DNA of 64,000 nucleotides from an uncultured virus (IMG/VR IMGVR_UViG_3300010157_000056) (Duplodnaviria > Heunggongvirae > Uroviricota > Caudoviricetes), in the IMG/VR virus record IMGVR_UViG_3300010157_000056, positions 1 through 64,000 of that record. One strand, 5' to 3'. This document shows, piece by piece, positions 27,001-38,801 of the stretch. Below the pieces are notes generated by a model, which saw nothing but the letters and a program-made list of their open reading frames with translations, made no database searches and was not told the DNA's origin. Position numbers and translations under genes: made by a program. Within the stretch, counting starts at the first letter, position 1. The number at the start of each line of letters is the position of its first letter.

Positions 27001-28964
27001 CCACCGGCAAAATAAGCGGCGCCACCGCCACCACCTGCATAGTAAGTAGAGACTCCTGACAAAGTTGATGTTGACCCAGCACCACCAGCACCCCCCTGAT
27101 TTGATGCACCAGATGTTCCGTTTGCACTAGCACCGCCGCCACCACCAGCAGAACTAGCACCTGTACCAGTCCAGTAAGGCGCACCACCTGCAAATCCCTG
27201 CCCCGTTGTACCAACACCGGCAATTTGAGTTCCATCACCACCACCACCTGATCCACCTGCATTGCCTGGTCCAGTATTAAATGCGGCTCCACCACCACCA
27301 CCATATGCATATTGTCCAAATGGTGGAACAACAGTAGATGTAGTAGTTGGGCTACCAGTAGGTGTAATAGTAAGATTATTAACTGAGTTATCTATAAATG
27401 TATCATTTTGTAAGGTTAATAAACTTGCTGACCATACGGTTACGGTACTAATAACCGTTGGCGATCCAGTAACTGTTAAAATTTGTGGAGAGATACTATT
27501 ATCAACTATGGTGTTAGATTGTGCTGTTAATAAAATAACATAACTTGCTGTAGAAATAGCAGAAATATTAGTACCAGATGATTGTGTAGTAGATAAGTTA
27601 GTAGTAGGAGGAGAAAAGTTACCTGTATAAACTGCAACTCCTTTAGTAATACGCACATTAGAGATAGCACCGGGAAAGTTAGCAATAGAATTATCAGCAT
27701 ACAATCTACCAACACTAATTGTAGGAGTAGCAGGCCAGGTTGGAGTTACTGTATTTGTTACAACTGATATCCCATTAAGATAAAGTGTGTTTGTAGTTCC
27801 TGAACGGACCAGCGCAATATGTTGCCATTGATTAAGAGTAAGAACATTATTAGCCGATGCATAAAAAGTATTACCGGCAATAAAAAATTCTACTGCGTTG
27901 GTTGTTGTTATCCCAATTGCACAGCCGTTTGCACCCGAGGAAGCAGTATTAGTTATAGTAATTATGCCTGTGTGTGATGGTACAGATGTTGGATTTATCC
28001 AACATTCAATAGTAAAATCTGCTGTTAATTGATTTGATGCAAGTGCAGGTCCTGTCAAATATTGTGTAGTTCCACTAAAAGAAATACCATACAAAGAAGG
28101 TGCGGCTGCTGTTAATATGCGTGTTGGTGGGGTAAATGCACTAGTATATAATGCAGTACCTTTTATTACACGAAGATTGCTGATATATCCAAATAGATAT
28201 GTACCACCTTGATTACCAATATAATTTGTACCAGATACAAAACTTGTACTACTTACTTGTGTGTTAACCAATGCTCCATTAATGAAACATTTTAATGAAG
28301 TTCCGTTTCTTGTAATAGCAATGTGCTGCCATTGGTTTTTTGTTATTGTTCCACCATTAGTTTGTGTGCCATTATCGTATATGTAAAGTGAACCATTATA
28401 TACAAAAAACTGAAAAGTAGTTGTCAACCACAGTACTGTGCCTTGTGTTGTAGCGGTTGGATATACCCAGCATTCAACTGTAAAATCACCAGTTCCAAAT
28501 GCTAATACTGTATTATTTGCTACAGTTAGGTATTGAGCACTACCGTTAAAAAAACCAGAATATGTTGTTTCGTTGGGTGCAAGTATTGCTGAAATATTTC
28601 CATTATTACCTACACCAGTTGCAGCAGCACCAATTGCTGCACCGCCTGCTCCAACTGTTATTGCATACGCAGTACCAGGAGTGACTGCAAAACCACTCGA
28701 AGTTAAAAAACCGCCAGCACCACCACCACCACCTAGCCCCGAAGATGAGTTATCTCTTCCGCCAGAGGCACCACCACCTACTACTAGGTAGGATACTGTT
28801 AGTGGTGTGCTGGTGCTGCCGTTTCTTGTTAGTGGTTGAAATACACCAGATGATGTAAAAGTATGTATGGTACTTGAACCAATGTTAGTTATTACTCCGC
28901 CAGCAGCAGCAATAGGAGAGGCCATTGCCTTCTGTCGTTTAATTATACCAAGATCATATACCAT
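24012..28964 (-). CDS. Tail fibre/adhesin with Gly-rich modules and five LamG (ConA-like) domains
   Basis: YLVVGGG..GGGGAGG modules; five F-T-x-E-x-W / WxHxAxxR / GYISNLR LamG units. Confidence 0.85.
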   Translation of the reverse strand: MVYDLGIIKRQKAMASPIAAAGGVITNIGSSTIHTFTSSGVFQPLTRNGSTSTPLTVSYLVVGGGASGGRDNSSSGLGGGGGAGGFLTSSGFAVTPGTAYAITVGAGGAAIGAAATGVGNNGNISAILAPNETTYSGFFNGSAQYLTVANNTVLAFGTGDFTVECWVYPTATTQGTVLWLTTTFQFFVYNGSLYIYDNGTQTNGGTITKNQWQHIAITRNGTSLKCFINGALVNTQVSSTSFVSGTNYIGNQGGTYLFGYISNLRVIKGTALYTSAFTPPTRILTAAAPSLYGISFSGTTQYLTGPALASNQLTADFTIECWINPTSVPSHTGIITITNTASSGANGCAIGITTTNAVEFFIAGNTFYASANNVLTLNQWQHIALVRSGTTNTLYLNGISVVTNTVTPTWPATPTISVGRLYADNSIANFPGAISNVRITKGVAVYTGNFSPPTTNLSTTQSSGTNISAISTASYVILLTAQSNTIVDNSISPQILTVTGSPTVISTVTVWSASLLTLQNDTFIDNSVNNLTITPTGSPTTTSTVVPPFGQYAYGGGGGAAFNTGPGNAGGSGGGGDGTQIAGVGTTGQGFAGGAPYWTGTGASSAGGGGGASANGTSGASNQGGAGGAGSTSTLSGVSTYYAGGGGGAAYFAGGWGAGGVGGGGKGAVNTTSVSVDGTSNTGGGGGGGGNFGSGQSGAGGSGIVIISYPNPAYTAPLTKQSDPYFKSNSLLLTGNTLQPVSISVDYLVVGGGGGGGTGANTNNDYTGGGGAGGLVTTSTILTNNAIYTIQIGAGGLGGALNSNGTSGNNSSITSTTITSVIALGGGYGGTKDTAGGYGGSGGGGGGTTTGGAGGLGVQPLSPSGGFGNAGYAGQTSTQPGGGGGGGAGGAALGNANPGAGLYVANFSAYGESGYFASGGAGAKNGSAGNNSGQYALGGGGGFSSNGLWGGGAGVPRSAMTATGGGGALQMPGGSGTVIIRHPSNYSVASTTGSPTIVTTSGYVYYSWTTSGSIELQAYNLTNTSFIDSSVNTLTITSTVGTPTQGSFSPFGQNWSNYFNGSSYLSIPSNSAFAFTGNFTFESWVYVSAYGSTSAFFTIGSETTGRYYFTLTGSGGQLWSNQYGGANFTWGTSTSVPLNAWTHVAWVRVGTTVTGYVNGISVGTNTISGTVGNTGGVTIGANPAGGYLWNGYMSNIRLIGTAVYTNNFTPATAPLPMVTNTVLLTAASNRFMDKSGTTSTFTVGGTPSVQRFSPFNNLGAYNTTLIGGSAYFNGSSYLSNTSGSIVNFGTSAFTWEAWLYMPSNANNQIILYATSGAGSFNVITQASGLCWGIYGNPSFFFCTLANIPLNQWFHLAVSRVSTSANQTFGYINGSLVVTATDTNNYTGIGARIGGDGTYYTGYMSNMRIVRGTALYTAAFTPPAAPVGTINTTTSTSLLLKFNDAGIYDATMNNDVVAVGSAKLSSTATNYNPRSMYFNGSTDYLLMPSSSAYNLGSGDFTMECWIYPTTVVSNGIFGIGSTDPDSNLVRIGSGSKLQFWLGGSNSGGTGAGTKTGMITCATTLVVNTWYHIALVRSDSATNNVKLYLNGVLDGQGTATYFIASNYAVLGRDYPTYSAEYFAGYIDDFRITKGVARYTAAFTPPTQTLLLR

Positions 28965-28974
28965 TGTTGTTTAT

Positions 28975-31900
28975 TTATTTAAGTAGTGGAACCGCGGTTG
29001 GCGGTAGGAAGTTTGCGGTATATCGTGCAAATTTAGTAATACGGAAATCGTCAATGTAACCAGGAAAATAGTTTGATCCAGCATTCCTACCACCTAAAGT
29101 ATATACAACTGTAGGAGTTGCATAATTAGTTGTATCGGCAACACTATTTACTTGCATTCCATTAACAAACGCTTTAGTAACACCTGATGCTCTACAAACT
29201 GCAACATGCGTCCAAGTATTAATAGGTATACTAGCGTGTGCTAAAATAGTTTGATCTGTTCCGGCATAGGGTCTCCAACTTAATGCTCCACTGGTAGTAG
29301 CTTTATAAATTGCAAAAGCATTAGTAGTTTGCGCTTCCCATATTTCCATTTCAGTAGTTACAACAGAAGTTTGATAAAACCAAAATTCAACGGTAAAATC
29401 ACCAGTACCAAACCCAAATAATGGATTAATTGGTATAGACAAATAATCACTAGTACCATTAAACTTCATACTGCGACTATTAAATTTAGTGACAGCAGTT
29501 GATAGAGCAGATGTTCCTGCAGTGATAACATCGTTATTCATTGTTGCATCATATATAGCAGGATTAGTAAAGTTTAATAGTACACTTGTACTAGTGGTTG
29601 CATCTAATGGAAATAATGGTGCAGCAGGTGGTGTGAATACCAAAGTTCCTGAAGTAGTTATTGCAGTTTGATATTGACTAGGAATAGATCCGTTGATCAA
29701 TCGAAGATTACTTATATATCCTAAATAAAAATTACTAGCACTACCTGGTAGACCATTAATGCCGATACCATGTACAGAGGATGCATTATAAAGTGTTCCT
29801 GCTTGCGTAAAACTAGCAATTGCTGTAGAACCATTTATAAACAGTCTAACAACATTAGATGCATCTCTTGTGATTACGAGATGATTCCACATATTTTTTA
29901 CATAAGCGCCTGTAGTAATGCTAGCCCAGGATGTGCCATTTGTGCTGAGAAGCAATTGAAAAACATTTGCTGTGCCGCTGGCATCACAATCAACTCGTAT
30001 AGAACCATAAGATGCCGCAACTGAATTAAATGCAAATATAGTTCGCTGGGTGCCGCCTACATTTGTATTATTAAACCAACATTCTACTGAGAATTGACCA
30101 GTTAGCGATATTGCACCAGACATACTCAAATAATCAGTAGTACCATTAAAATAAGCACTGCCGTTATTGACCACTGTGTTATAAGCATAGGTCTGTGTTG
30201 GGAATGGAGTGAAGCGTTGTACACTCGGTGTACCTGCTGCGGTAAAAGTAGCGGTGCTATTCTTATCCATAAATCTATTATTTGCGCAGGTTAGTAAACT
30301 AGTATTAGTTACTATAGGTAATGGCGCAGTAGCAGGTGTAAAGTTACTTGTATAAAGTGCAGTACCCTTCAATACTCTTAGATTAGAAATATAACCATTG
30401 AAATAATAATTAGCACCCTCACTACCTATATTAGTACTACCTATTCCTAAATCATACGCTGTTGCAAGAGTTTGTGTAACTCCAATTTGTGTACCATTTA
30501 CAAACAGTCTCATACTAGTGCCACTTCGTGTTAATGCAACATGATACCAAGTGTTCAGACTCATACCATGTGCATAACTATAGTCCCATGCTAGTGCTGC
30601 TCTTACCCATCCTAAATTTGCACCTGTACTAGTAAATCCAAACCCCAATCCACCGGTACCAGATCCTGATATAATATAATAATCTGTTCCTAATAGTGTA
30701 CGATATATCCATGCCTCAATTGTGAAATCACCTGTACTAAAATTTAATGCAGCATTAGTAGGAATAGTTAAGTTACTACTACCATTAAAGTAGTTACTCC
30801 AATTTGTACCAAAAGGATTAAATGTTCCTTGTGTTGGAGTACCGGTAGGAGTAATAGTTAATGCATTAACACTTGAATCTATAAATGATGTATTTGTGGT
30901 TGCAACGGCAGGTGGATTGGTACTAATTTGAATTGATCCACTACTAGTGAATGCATATATTGTATATGCGCCAGCAGTGGCAATACTAGGACTGCCAGTA
31001 GTTGTAACTGTTTGAGCTACTGATGTTAGATGTCGAAGTACAACAGCACCTGATCCACCAGCGCCACCGGTTCCGGTTTGCCCGGCATTTTCCCAGTCAT
31101 TGCTAGCACCGCCGCCCCCGCCGCCTGTTCGTGCCTGTGCTGAACCGCCAACTGCGCCGCCGCCTGATCCAGTGCCGGTACCTCCTCCTCCAATACCAGC
31201 AGTACCGGGAACAGTTCTAGAGCCACCGCCACCGCCACCACCAAAGTATATAGCATTAGTAGCGGTAACATATTGACCAACAGTTGCAGATATTGCTGTG
31301 CCAGTAGTAACAAATATAGTACTAGATGATCCAGCACCACCATTACCACCACCACCTGATGTAGTTGCTGTTCCAGCTGCACCCCAGCCACCACCACCAC
31401 CACCACCATATCCGCCGGGTTGATTAGCGCCACCTGCACCACCTGCATTACCCTGTCCTGCTACACCTGATCCACCTGCTGGAGTTGTTGCGTTAGAACC
31501 ACCGCCACCACCACCACCAGATCCACCATTTTTACCAAATCCCCAAGCTGCATTACTTGCTGCGTCAGCACCACCACCACCTCCACCATAACTTCGTAAG
31601 GCAGAGAATACTGAATCATTGCCAGAGGTTCCTTGTGCATTATTAACTGCACCTGCACCACCAGCACCAACAACCACTGCATAGTTAAATCCCGGTAATA
31701 CATTAAAGCCAGATGTTGTTAATACACCACCGGCACCGCCACCCGCAGCATCATTGGCACCACCACCACCGCCACCTGCTACTATCAAGTAATCTAATAG
31801 AATGGTTTCTGTCCGTGCTGCACCAAACAATACAGTACCAGTACCTGATGTTACAGCATATATATTATAACCAGTTGCAGTTGTTGCAGAAGCAGTAATA

Positions 31901-34900
31901 CCCGAAGAAAAATAAGCAGCATGAGTATTGGGTACTCTTAATAGAACCACACCTGATCCACCTCGACCACCAGTACCCGGTCCAGGTGAATCACCTTGAC
32001 CACCACCACCACCACCACCAGTATTTGCTGTTCCAGCAACACCACCTGTACCACCAGTTGGTGAACCAGCACCTCCTCCACCGGTACCTCCTAACCCATA
32101 CCCATTACTTCCTAAATTACCACCGCCGCCGCCACCTGCAAAGTAAATTGCATTAGTAGCGGTAACATATTGACCTATACCTAATGCTATTGCTGTTGTG
32201 GTAGAAATTAATGTAGTAAATGTTCCAGTACCACCATTACCTGCTTGATTGGTTACGGTATCAGCAGATACAGCTGCACCAGCACCGCCACCACCTTGAC
32301 CACCGTTGTTGTTTCCAACCGTTGTAGCACCGGCGTTACCTTGTCCACTAGTAGCACTACCACCAGTACCACCAAGTTGTCCACCGCCGCCACCTGACCC
32401 ACCAGAATTACCACTACTGCTTGTACCACCGGCACCGCCACCGCCACCTATTGCAGTTAGAGTTGAGAATATTGAGTTACTACCATTAGAACCATTTGTA
32501 TCTCTTGCACCACCGTTGCCTCCTGTGCCAACTGTAACTGTATAAAGTGTTGCTAGTAAAAATGTTTGACTTGATGCTGTGAGTAAACCACCGGCACCAC
32601 CACCGCCTGATCCACCATTAGTAGAACCGGCTCCACCGCCACCGCCACCACCAGCAACTACTAAGTAATCAATGGTAGGAGCATTACTTACCGTTTGCGG
32701 ATTGCTTAACAGTAAAGATGTTTTGTTAAAATATGGATCACTGTTATTATATAATATATCATTGTTTATTCCAGAGGGATAACGAACAATTACAATGCCG
32801 CTGGCACCTGCACCACCAACGCCAGTACCACCACCTGATCCACCACCACCACCACCACCACTACCTGTAAAGATAGTAGCATCTGATGGAGTATCTGTTG
32901 CATAAGCGCCATCACCACCACCACCAATACCACCGCGCCCAATTGCAGTTCCGCCACCACCACCGCCACCGCCTGCAATATAAAATGTACCGGTAGAATA
33001 AACACCAGCACCTGCATATTGTAAGAATGTGCTGTATGCATTAGTTCCAGTACCGCCAGCACCTGCAACACCTGCTGAAGCATTATTACCAGCGCCGCCA
33101 GATCCACCACCACCACCACCGCTACTAGCATTATTGTTAGTATAGGCACCGCCGTTTGTACCGCCACCAAACCCAACGCCATATCCATAAGTAGCAAACT
33201 GGGTACTTGTTCCTCCAATGACGCTGCCAGACCCTTGGCCAGCACCACCACCCGAAGCACCGCTGTTTGGAGTACCACTATTACCCCAGGACCCGCCTCC
33301 ACCGCCACCTAACATAGTGTTAGCGAATGCAACGGTATTACCACCGTTGGTTCCATTTTGTCCAACAACTGTGGTCCCGCCTGCGCCAATAGTAATAGTA
33401 TTGCTGGAACCTGATACAATGGTGTCTGATTGATATAGTAAACCGCCAGCACCACCACCACCACCACGAGCATTTGTGCTTACACCTGCACCGCCAGCGC
33501 CACCACCACCTACTATTAAGTATTCAACAGCTATACCTGTCCCGGCTGTTACTAACCCCGAACCGGCTGTTATTCTATATATATTATAGCCAGATACTGC
33601 TGACGAAACGGTATAGGTAGTGCTAGTAGTAAAACTAACAGCATACTGATTAGGTATTTTAATAATAACAACACCAGATCCACCTATGCCACCAGCAACA
33701 TTCTCAGAACCACCGCCACCACCGCCACCAGTATTAGGAGTACCGGGTTGACCAAGAGTTGCGCCAAATCTACCAGCACCGCCGCCACCAGCACCACCAG
33801 TTGATTGTACAGTACCACTGCCGTGAGTTGATCCACCCCCACCGCCACCGTAGTATGTAGGAGTACCAGTAATGCTTGATTGTGTTCCAGTTCCACCTAA
33901 TCCACCGTTTGCAAAATTAGTACCGGTTGGTCGTTGTCCAACCCCGCCTGCACCACCACCACCCCCGCCTGAATAGTCTCCGCCACCAACGCCACCACCT
34001 GCATTACCTTGACCTGGCAATCCTGCACCCGGTGTTGTTCCTTGTCCACCACCACCACCTGATGCTCCGCCCCATCCATTACTTGCACTGTATCCACCGC
34101 CACCGCCACCCCCATATGCAGTTACGCCAACTGGTCGAGTATATGTTGATCCTATTGTTGGGCTACTTGTTTGTGTAAAGCTAAAATTGTTAGATGAATT
34201 ATCAATAAATGTAGCGTTTTGTAGTGTTAATAACTGTGTATTATTAACCACAGTTAATGCACCAGTTGGAGGAATGAATGCTGCGGTGTATGCTGCTGAC
34301 CCTTTTAAAATTCTCAGATTAGAAACATATCCTGCCATTGTTGATCCGCCGTCAACTTCAGTTCCGACAGTTAAACTAGTAAATGCCCAGGTGGTTGTTT
34401 CGGCGGCTGATTTCATTAATGAACCATTGACATATATATAATATGTGCCACTGTATCTAAGGAATACAAAATGATACCAAAAATTACTTGCAATGTTAAA
34501 AGTGAATCCAGCCTCGGCACCATTTATATATACCCGCCAGCCAGAAGTTGTTCTACCAAGGATAATTCTAGTACCACCGTTAAGATCCAAAAATGATTGA
34601 GTTACCCCAGCAGTTGCTGGCCACATTACAGATGCTTCAATTGTAAAATCGTTGGCAGTTGCGCCGAATGAAAAAGCGGTAGAAGTTGTTACTACTATTC
34701 TACCGCTACTAAAAAACGATCCATAATATGATAAAGTTGCAGGTACAGATAAACTAGAACTATCACCGTTCCAACTATAAGTGCTTACACCTCCAGTTGC
34801 GGCGCCACCTTGCCCCACTGTTACATTGAATGGTACACCTGCAGATACATAGGTGCCACCTGATACAACGCCACCTGCGCCGCCACCACCAAAGTTTCCT

Positions 34901-35984
34901 GCATTATTTCCAGGGCCGCCTCCACCGCCACCACCTACTACTAGGTATTCAATAGGAATGCTAGTAGTACTAATAATAGTAGTTGGAGCAGCAGTACTAA
35001 AAGATACACTACCCGAACCTGTAGTTATACTATATACATTATAACCTGTTACCGCAGTTGAGGTTGATGCACTTATACCAGCAAAGCTAGCACTATGCGT
35101 ATTGGGTAATTTTAGAATAATAATTCCACTGCCACCATTGCCGCCAGTTCCTGGGCTTGCATCCGATTGTCCACCTCCACCACCTCCACCACCTTTATTT
35201 GCTGTACCAGAAACTCCTGTTGTGCTAGTTGCTGCGCCACCACCACCTAATCCGCCAACACCCCAGCCTGGTACGCCATTATATGTGCCACCACCACCGC
35301 CACCTGCAAAATATGCATTTGTACCAGTGATTGATGATTGTACGCCAACACCACCATTACCGCCTGCTGTGCCGCTACCAGCACCACCAATTGCGCCGGC
35401 ACCGCCACCACCACTGACCCGAATGCTGGGCCTGCTGTTATACGAGATCCGCCGTCGTATCCTTGATACACGGTACCTTTTCCTGGGGAACCAGCGCCCG
35501 CTCCAGTTCCGGCATTTCCACCGCCACTACCGCCCGACCCTAAGTCAACTGGACTATTTTGATTAGATCCGCCTCCACCACCGCCAATTGCAAAAACAGT
35601 ACTAAAAGTAGAACTACTTCCTTTGGAACCTACTGTATTTTGACTAGTAGATCCAGCACCACCCCCACCAATTGCTAATAGATATGATGTTCCAGTAACA
35701 ATGCTAAATGTTCCAGTGGTATAACCTCCAGCGCCACCTCCAGCACCTGCGGCAGCACCCCCACCACCCCCACCTGCAACTACTAGATATTCTACAGGAA
35801 TAGCTGTTGGTGTAGCAACAGATGCAGTAGTGGCAGAAATAATAGAACTAGCAATGAATGCGCCAGATGCAGTGAATATGTGATTAACATATCCACCTGC
35901 TTTTACTATTGTGCCGCCTACTCCAAATGTGTTTGATGCAGGAATGTATCGTTGGCGCTTGATGATACCAAGGTCATATACCAT
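28975..35984 (-). CDS. Giant Gly-rich/LamG fibre protein (~2336 aa) split by a 1-nt frameshift near 35414
   Basis: Starts MVYDLGIIKRQ like the neighbouring paralogue. At TCA-GT-GGT-GGT one G is missing. The downstream frame is open from ~35412 into the 28975-34818 ORF. Confidence 0.8.
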
Positions 35985-35998
35985 TATTGATTATACCG

Positions 35999-36379
35999 TT
36001 AAACTACAGGAGTATCGTTAGTTGGTATTACATGTTCTACCCAGGATACTGTTTCTTCATCCCAGGTGTAATATTTGCCTTCTACAGGATCAGGCATAGC
36101 TACTGGTGCTGCCCAAATGCAAGTATCTTCATCTAATAACCAACTTGGGAATGGTTGTGGTGCATAAAACGCATCGCGAATACTATCATATGTATAACCA
36201 ATACCTGCGTAGTTTTTACGCAGCGGTGCACCACCTGAGCGATGTTGCCCACCATATGTATTATAGCTTGTTTGTACCCAAGATGCTGGGTCACCAAATA
36301 ATCCAGTGTTAACTACATCTTGTTCGATAACAATTACCTGTGTTACTACACCGTTTTCTACTTTTGCGAAATGACTCAT
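35999..36379 (-). CDS. Small fibre-associated protein (possible assembly chaperone)
   Basis: MSHFAKV..WVQTSYN..RKNYAGIGYTYD..DAFYAPQPFPSW pattern, commonly seen beside Gly-rich fibre genes; GAGGA SD and ATAAATA upstream. Confidence 0.8.
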   Translation of the reverse strand: MSHFAKVENGVVTQVIVIEQDVVNTGLFGDPASWVQTSYNTYGGQHRSGGAPLRKNYAGIGYTYDSIRDAFYAPQPFPSWLLDEDTCIWAAPVAMPDPVEGKYYTWDEETVSWVEHVIPTNDTPVV

Positions 36380-36462
36380 TTTAAAATCCTCTTTTGTTTA
36401 ATGCGTTATAATGTATTTATAACTTAATAATTTATCTAAAATCTAATCGGTGAGATATTATT

Positions 36463-37437
36463 TTAGAATGTTACTGATCCAGAACTATTGAATATGAATA
36501 TGTTATATCGGGCAGATGCGGATACTAACGTATATACAGTTCCTGTGGAAGATACCGGTAACCGGTATGCGGTTGGATATCTCAATACAACAATGCCTGA
36601 TCCGCCTGCTCCGGAATTTGGATAAGCTGGTACTGCGGTATTATTTGGCATTGATTGTTGACCACCTGAGCCGCCGCCCCCGCCAGTATTTGTACCACCA
36701 GCATACCCATCATAATTGTTAACTATATTAACATGGGGAGATGCGGCGCCGCCGCCTCCTAACCCGCCGCCTCCTGTACTAATAGAGTTGCCATTTCCAC
36801 CCCCACCACCTCCACCAGCATAATAAGTTAAAATTCCAGTTATACTAGATTGTGATCCATTACCACCTCTCCCACCACCATATGCATTTATTGCCGAAGG
36901 TCCGTTAACACCAGCACCGCCGCCAACTGCACCAGCACCTCCACCAGCACCTCCAGGATCTCGTATGTTAGATGTAGATCCTGGACTTCCGTCATTTCCC
37001 TGGCCTGCCGTGCCTGTTCCAAAGCTAGTGGTACGATTGGTTCCGCCCATCCCACCGCCACCAGATCCGCCAGTTTTTCCCTTTAACGGAGTAGTATCGC
37101 CGCCAGCACCGCCGCCTCCCCCGAGTGAAATAACAAAGTAACCATTTGTACCGGTTATGTAAGAATTTGTTCCATTATTTCCTGCGGTATCAATCCCAGT
37201 AGACGTACCGCCACCACCAACAGAAACAGTAACAGTGACTCCTGAAGTAACTGTAAATCCAGTTGCAGTTCTATATCCGCCAGCACCACCGCCACCGTAA
37301 CTTCCACCAGATCCACCACCTGCAACTACAAGATATTCAATTGATGAGGTGGTTGCTGCTGTTACTGCTACGGTGCTTTTTATCACAGTTCCCATTTCGC
37401 TGAACTTTTGCTGACTAAAAGTTTTAAATGTTGTCAT
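36463..37437 (-). CDS. Gly-rich fibre module protein
   Basis: Single EYLVVAGGG...GGSGIVVLRY...FNSSGSVTF module. Confidence 0.85.
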   Translation of the reverse strand: MTTFKTFSQQKFSEMGTVIKSTVAVTAATTSSIEYLVVAGGGSGGSYGGGGAGGYRTATGFTVTSGVTVTVSVGGGGTSTGIDTAGNNGTNSYITGTNGYFVISLGGGGGAGGDTTPLKGKTGGSGGGGMGGTNRTTSFGTGTAGQGNDGSPGSTSNIRDPGGAGGGAGAVGGGAGVNGPSAINAYGGGRGGNGSQSSITGILTYYAGGGGGGGNGNSISTGGGGLGGGGAASPHVNIVNNYDGYAGGTNTGGGGGSGGQQSMPNNTAVPAYPNSGAGGSGIVVLRYPTAYRLPVSSTGTVYTLVSASARYNIFIFNSSGSVTF

Positions 37438-37446
37438 ACTATATTG

Positions 37447-38466
37447 TTAAAATGTAATTGTTCCAGTGACGGTGAATACATATACAACAGTACTATTAAT
37501 TGTATATATGAATGGACTTCCTGTAGTAGATACAGCCAATGCATTACTAGAAGAATGTCTAAGTATAACTATTCCAGAGCCCCCATTTGGTGTTACTGTG
37601 TATGTTTGTTGTGAAGCAGAACCATATGCGCCGCCGCCACCACCACCACCTGTATTTGCTACTCCTGGTTGTTCAATTGAACCATCAGTAGTATAACCTA
37701 GACCAATTGAGCCTCTTCCACCGCCACCTAATCCGCCTACCCCACCTGCTCCGGTGCCAACATTGGCGCTGTGGCCACCACCACCACCACCTGCATAATA
37801 AGTAGGAATTCCAGTTATGCTAGATTGTAATCCAACACCACCGTTTCCTCCCAATGCACCTGTTATTGACGATTGGCCTGTTGATTCTGAACCATTCCCA
37901 CCACTAGCACCAGCCCCCCCACCACCGCCGGCACCAAAAAAAGTTGCGCCAGCTCTATCGCCGCCACTATTTCCTTGAGAAGGACTAGTGCTAGGAGTAT
38001 TGCCTGCACCAAACGATCCTGCGGTTCTAGAATGGGCACCACCACCGGATCCTCCTGTCTTAGCTGCAATACTGGAGCTTGCTCCATTAACTCCACCGCC
38101 ACCGCCACCGCCGGTACTTACTATTGAAGTAATACTAGTACCTGTAATAGAAGAATCTGTTCCATTATTGCCCACAACACCTGTTAATAATCCTCCCCAT
38201 GCACCACCAGCACCTACTGTTATATTAATAATAGATCCAGGAGTAATAGCAAGACCGGTACCGGTTCTGTATCCACCTGCACCACCGCCACCGCCACCGC
38301 CGGTATTACCGGTAGTACCGGTACCACCACTTCCGCCACCGCCGACTACTAGATATTCTATAGTAGAAGGTGCCACTAGAGAAATACCTGGATTTGCTAT
38401 ATTACGTTTTGAATTGCGAGAAATAAATGAACTAATTTTATTATAACTAAAAATATTCAAACTCAT
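37447..38466 (-). CDS. Gly-rich fibre module protein
   Basis: Single EYLVVGGG...GGSGIVILRH module. Confidence 0.85.
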   Translation of the reverse strand: MSLNIFSYNKISSFISRNSKRNIANPGISLVAPSTIEYLVVGGGGSGGTGTTGNTGGGGGGGAGGYRTGTGLAITPGSIINITVGAGGAWGGLLTGVVGNNGTDSSITGTSITSIVSTGGGGGGGVNGASSSIAAKTGGSGGGAHSRTAGSFGAGNTPSTSPSQGNSGGDRAGATFFGAGGGGGAGASGGNGSESTGQSSITGALGGNGGVGLQSSITGIPTYYAGGGGGGHSANVGTGAGGVGGLGGGGRGSIGLGYTTDGSIEQPGVANTGGGGGGGAYGSASQQTYTVTPNGGSGIVILRHSSSNALAVSTTGSPFIYTINSTVVYVFTVTGTITF

Positions 38467-38789
38467 TAAATTATCTCCGTGCCAAATAAGTTAAAACTAG
38501 TAGTACTAGTACTACTATAAACTATAACATTTTCAGCAGTTCCCATAGTAATACCCAATGTTAATGCCACACTATCATATGCGGCTATAGAACTATTGTA
38601 TGCAACATAATGTAATGTACTCAATGTATTAGCGGTAGGTTTAACTGCAACTCTATAAGTAGTAGCGGCATTAGCTTGATTACAAACTACAAGAGTAGAT
38701 ACTACTACTGTACTACTTGATGTATATAATGTAGTAGTAGTAGTTGCTGCAGGATTTGCTTGTCCTAAAACTTTGTATGTAACTGACAT
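38466..38789 (-). CDS. Small beta-sandwich-like virion protein (YKVLGQ..FGxEI family)
   Basis: Stand-alone copy of the domain that also heads the 38802 and 40605 proteins. Confidence 0.8.
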   Translation of the reverse strand: MSVTYKVLGQANPAATTTTTLYTSSSTVVVSTLVVCNQANAATTYRVAVKPTANTLSTLHYVAYNSSIAAYDSVALTLGITMGTAENVIVYSSTSTTSFNLFGTEII

Positions 38790-38801
38790 ATTAAATTCTC
38801 A

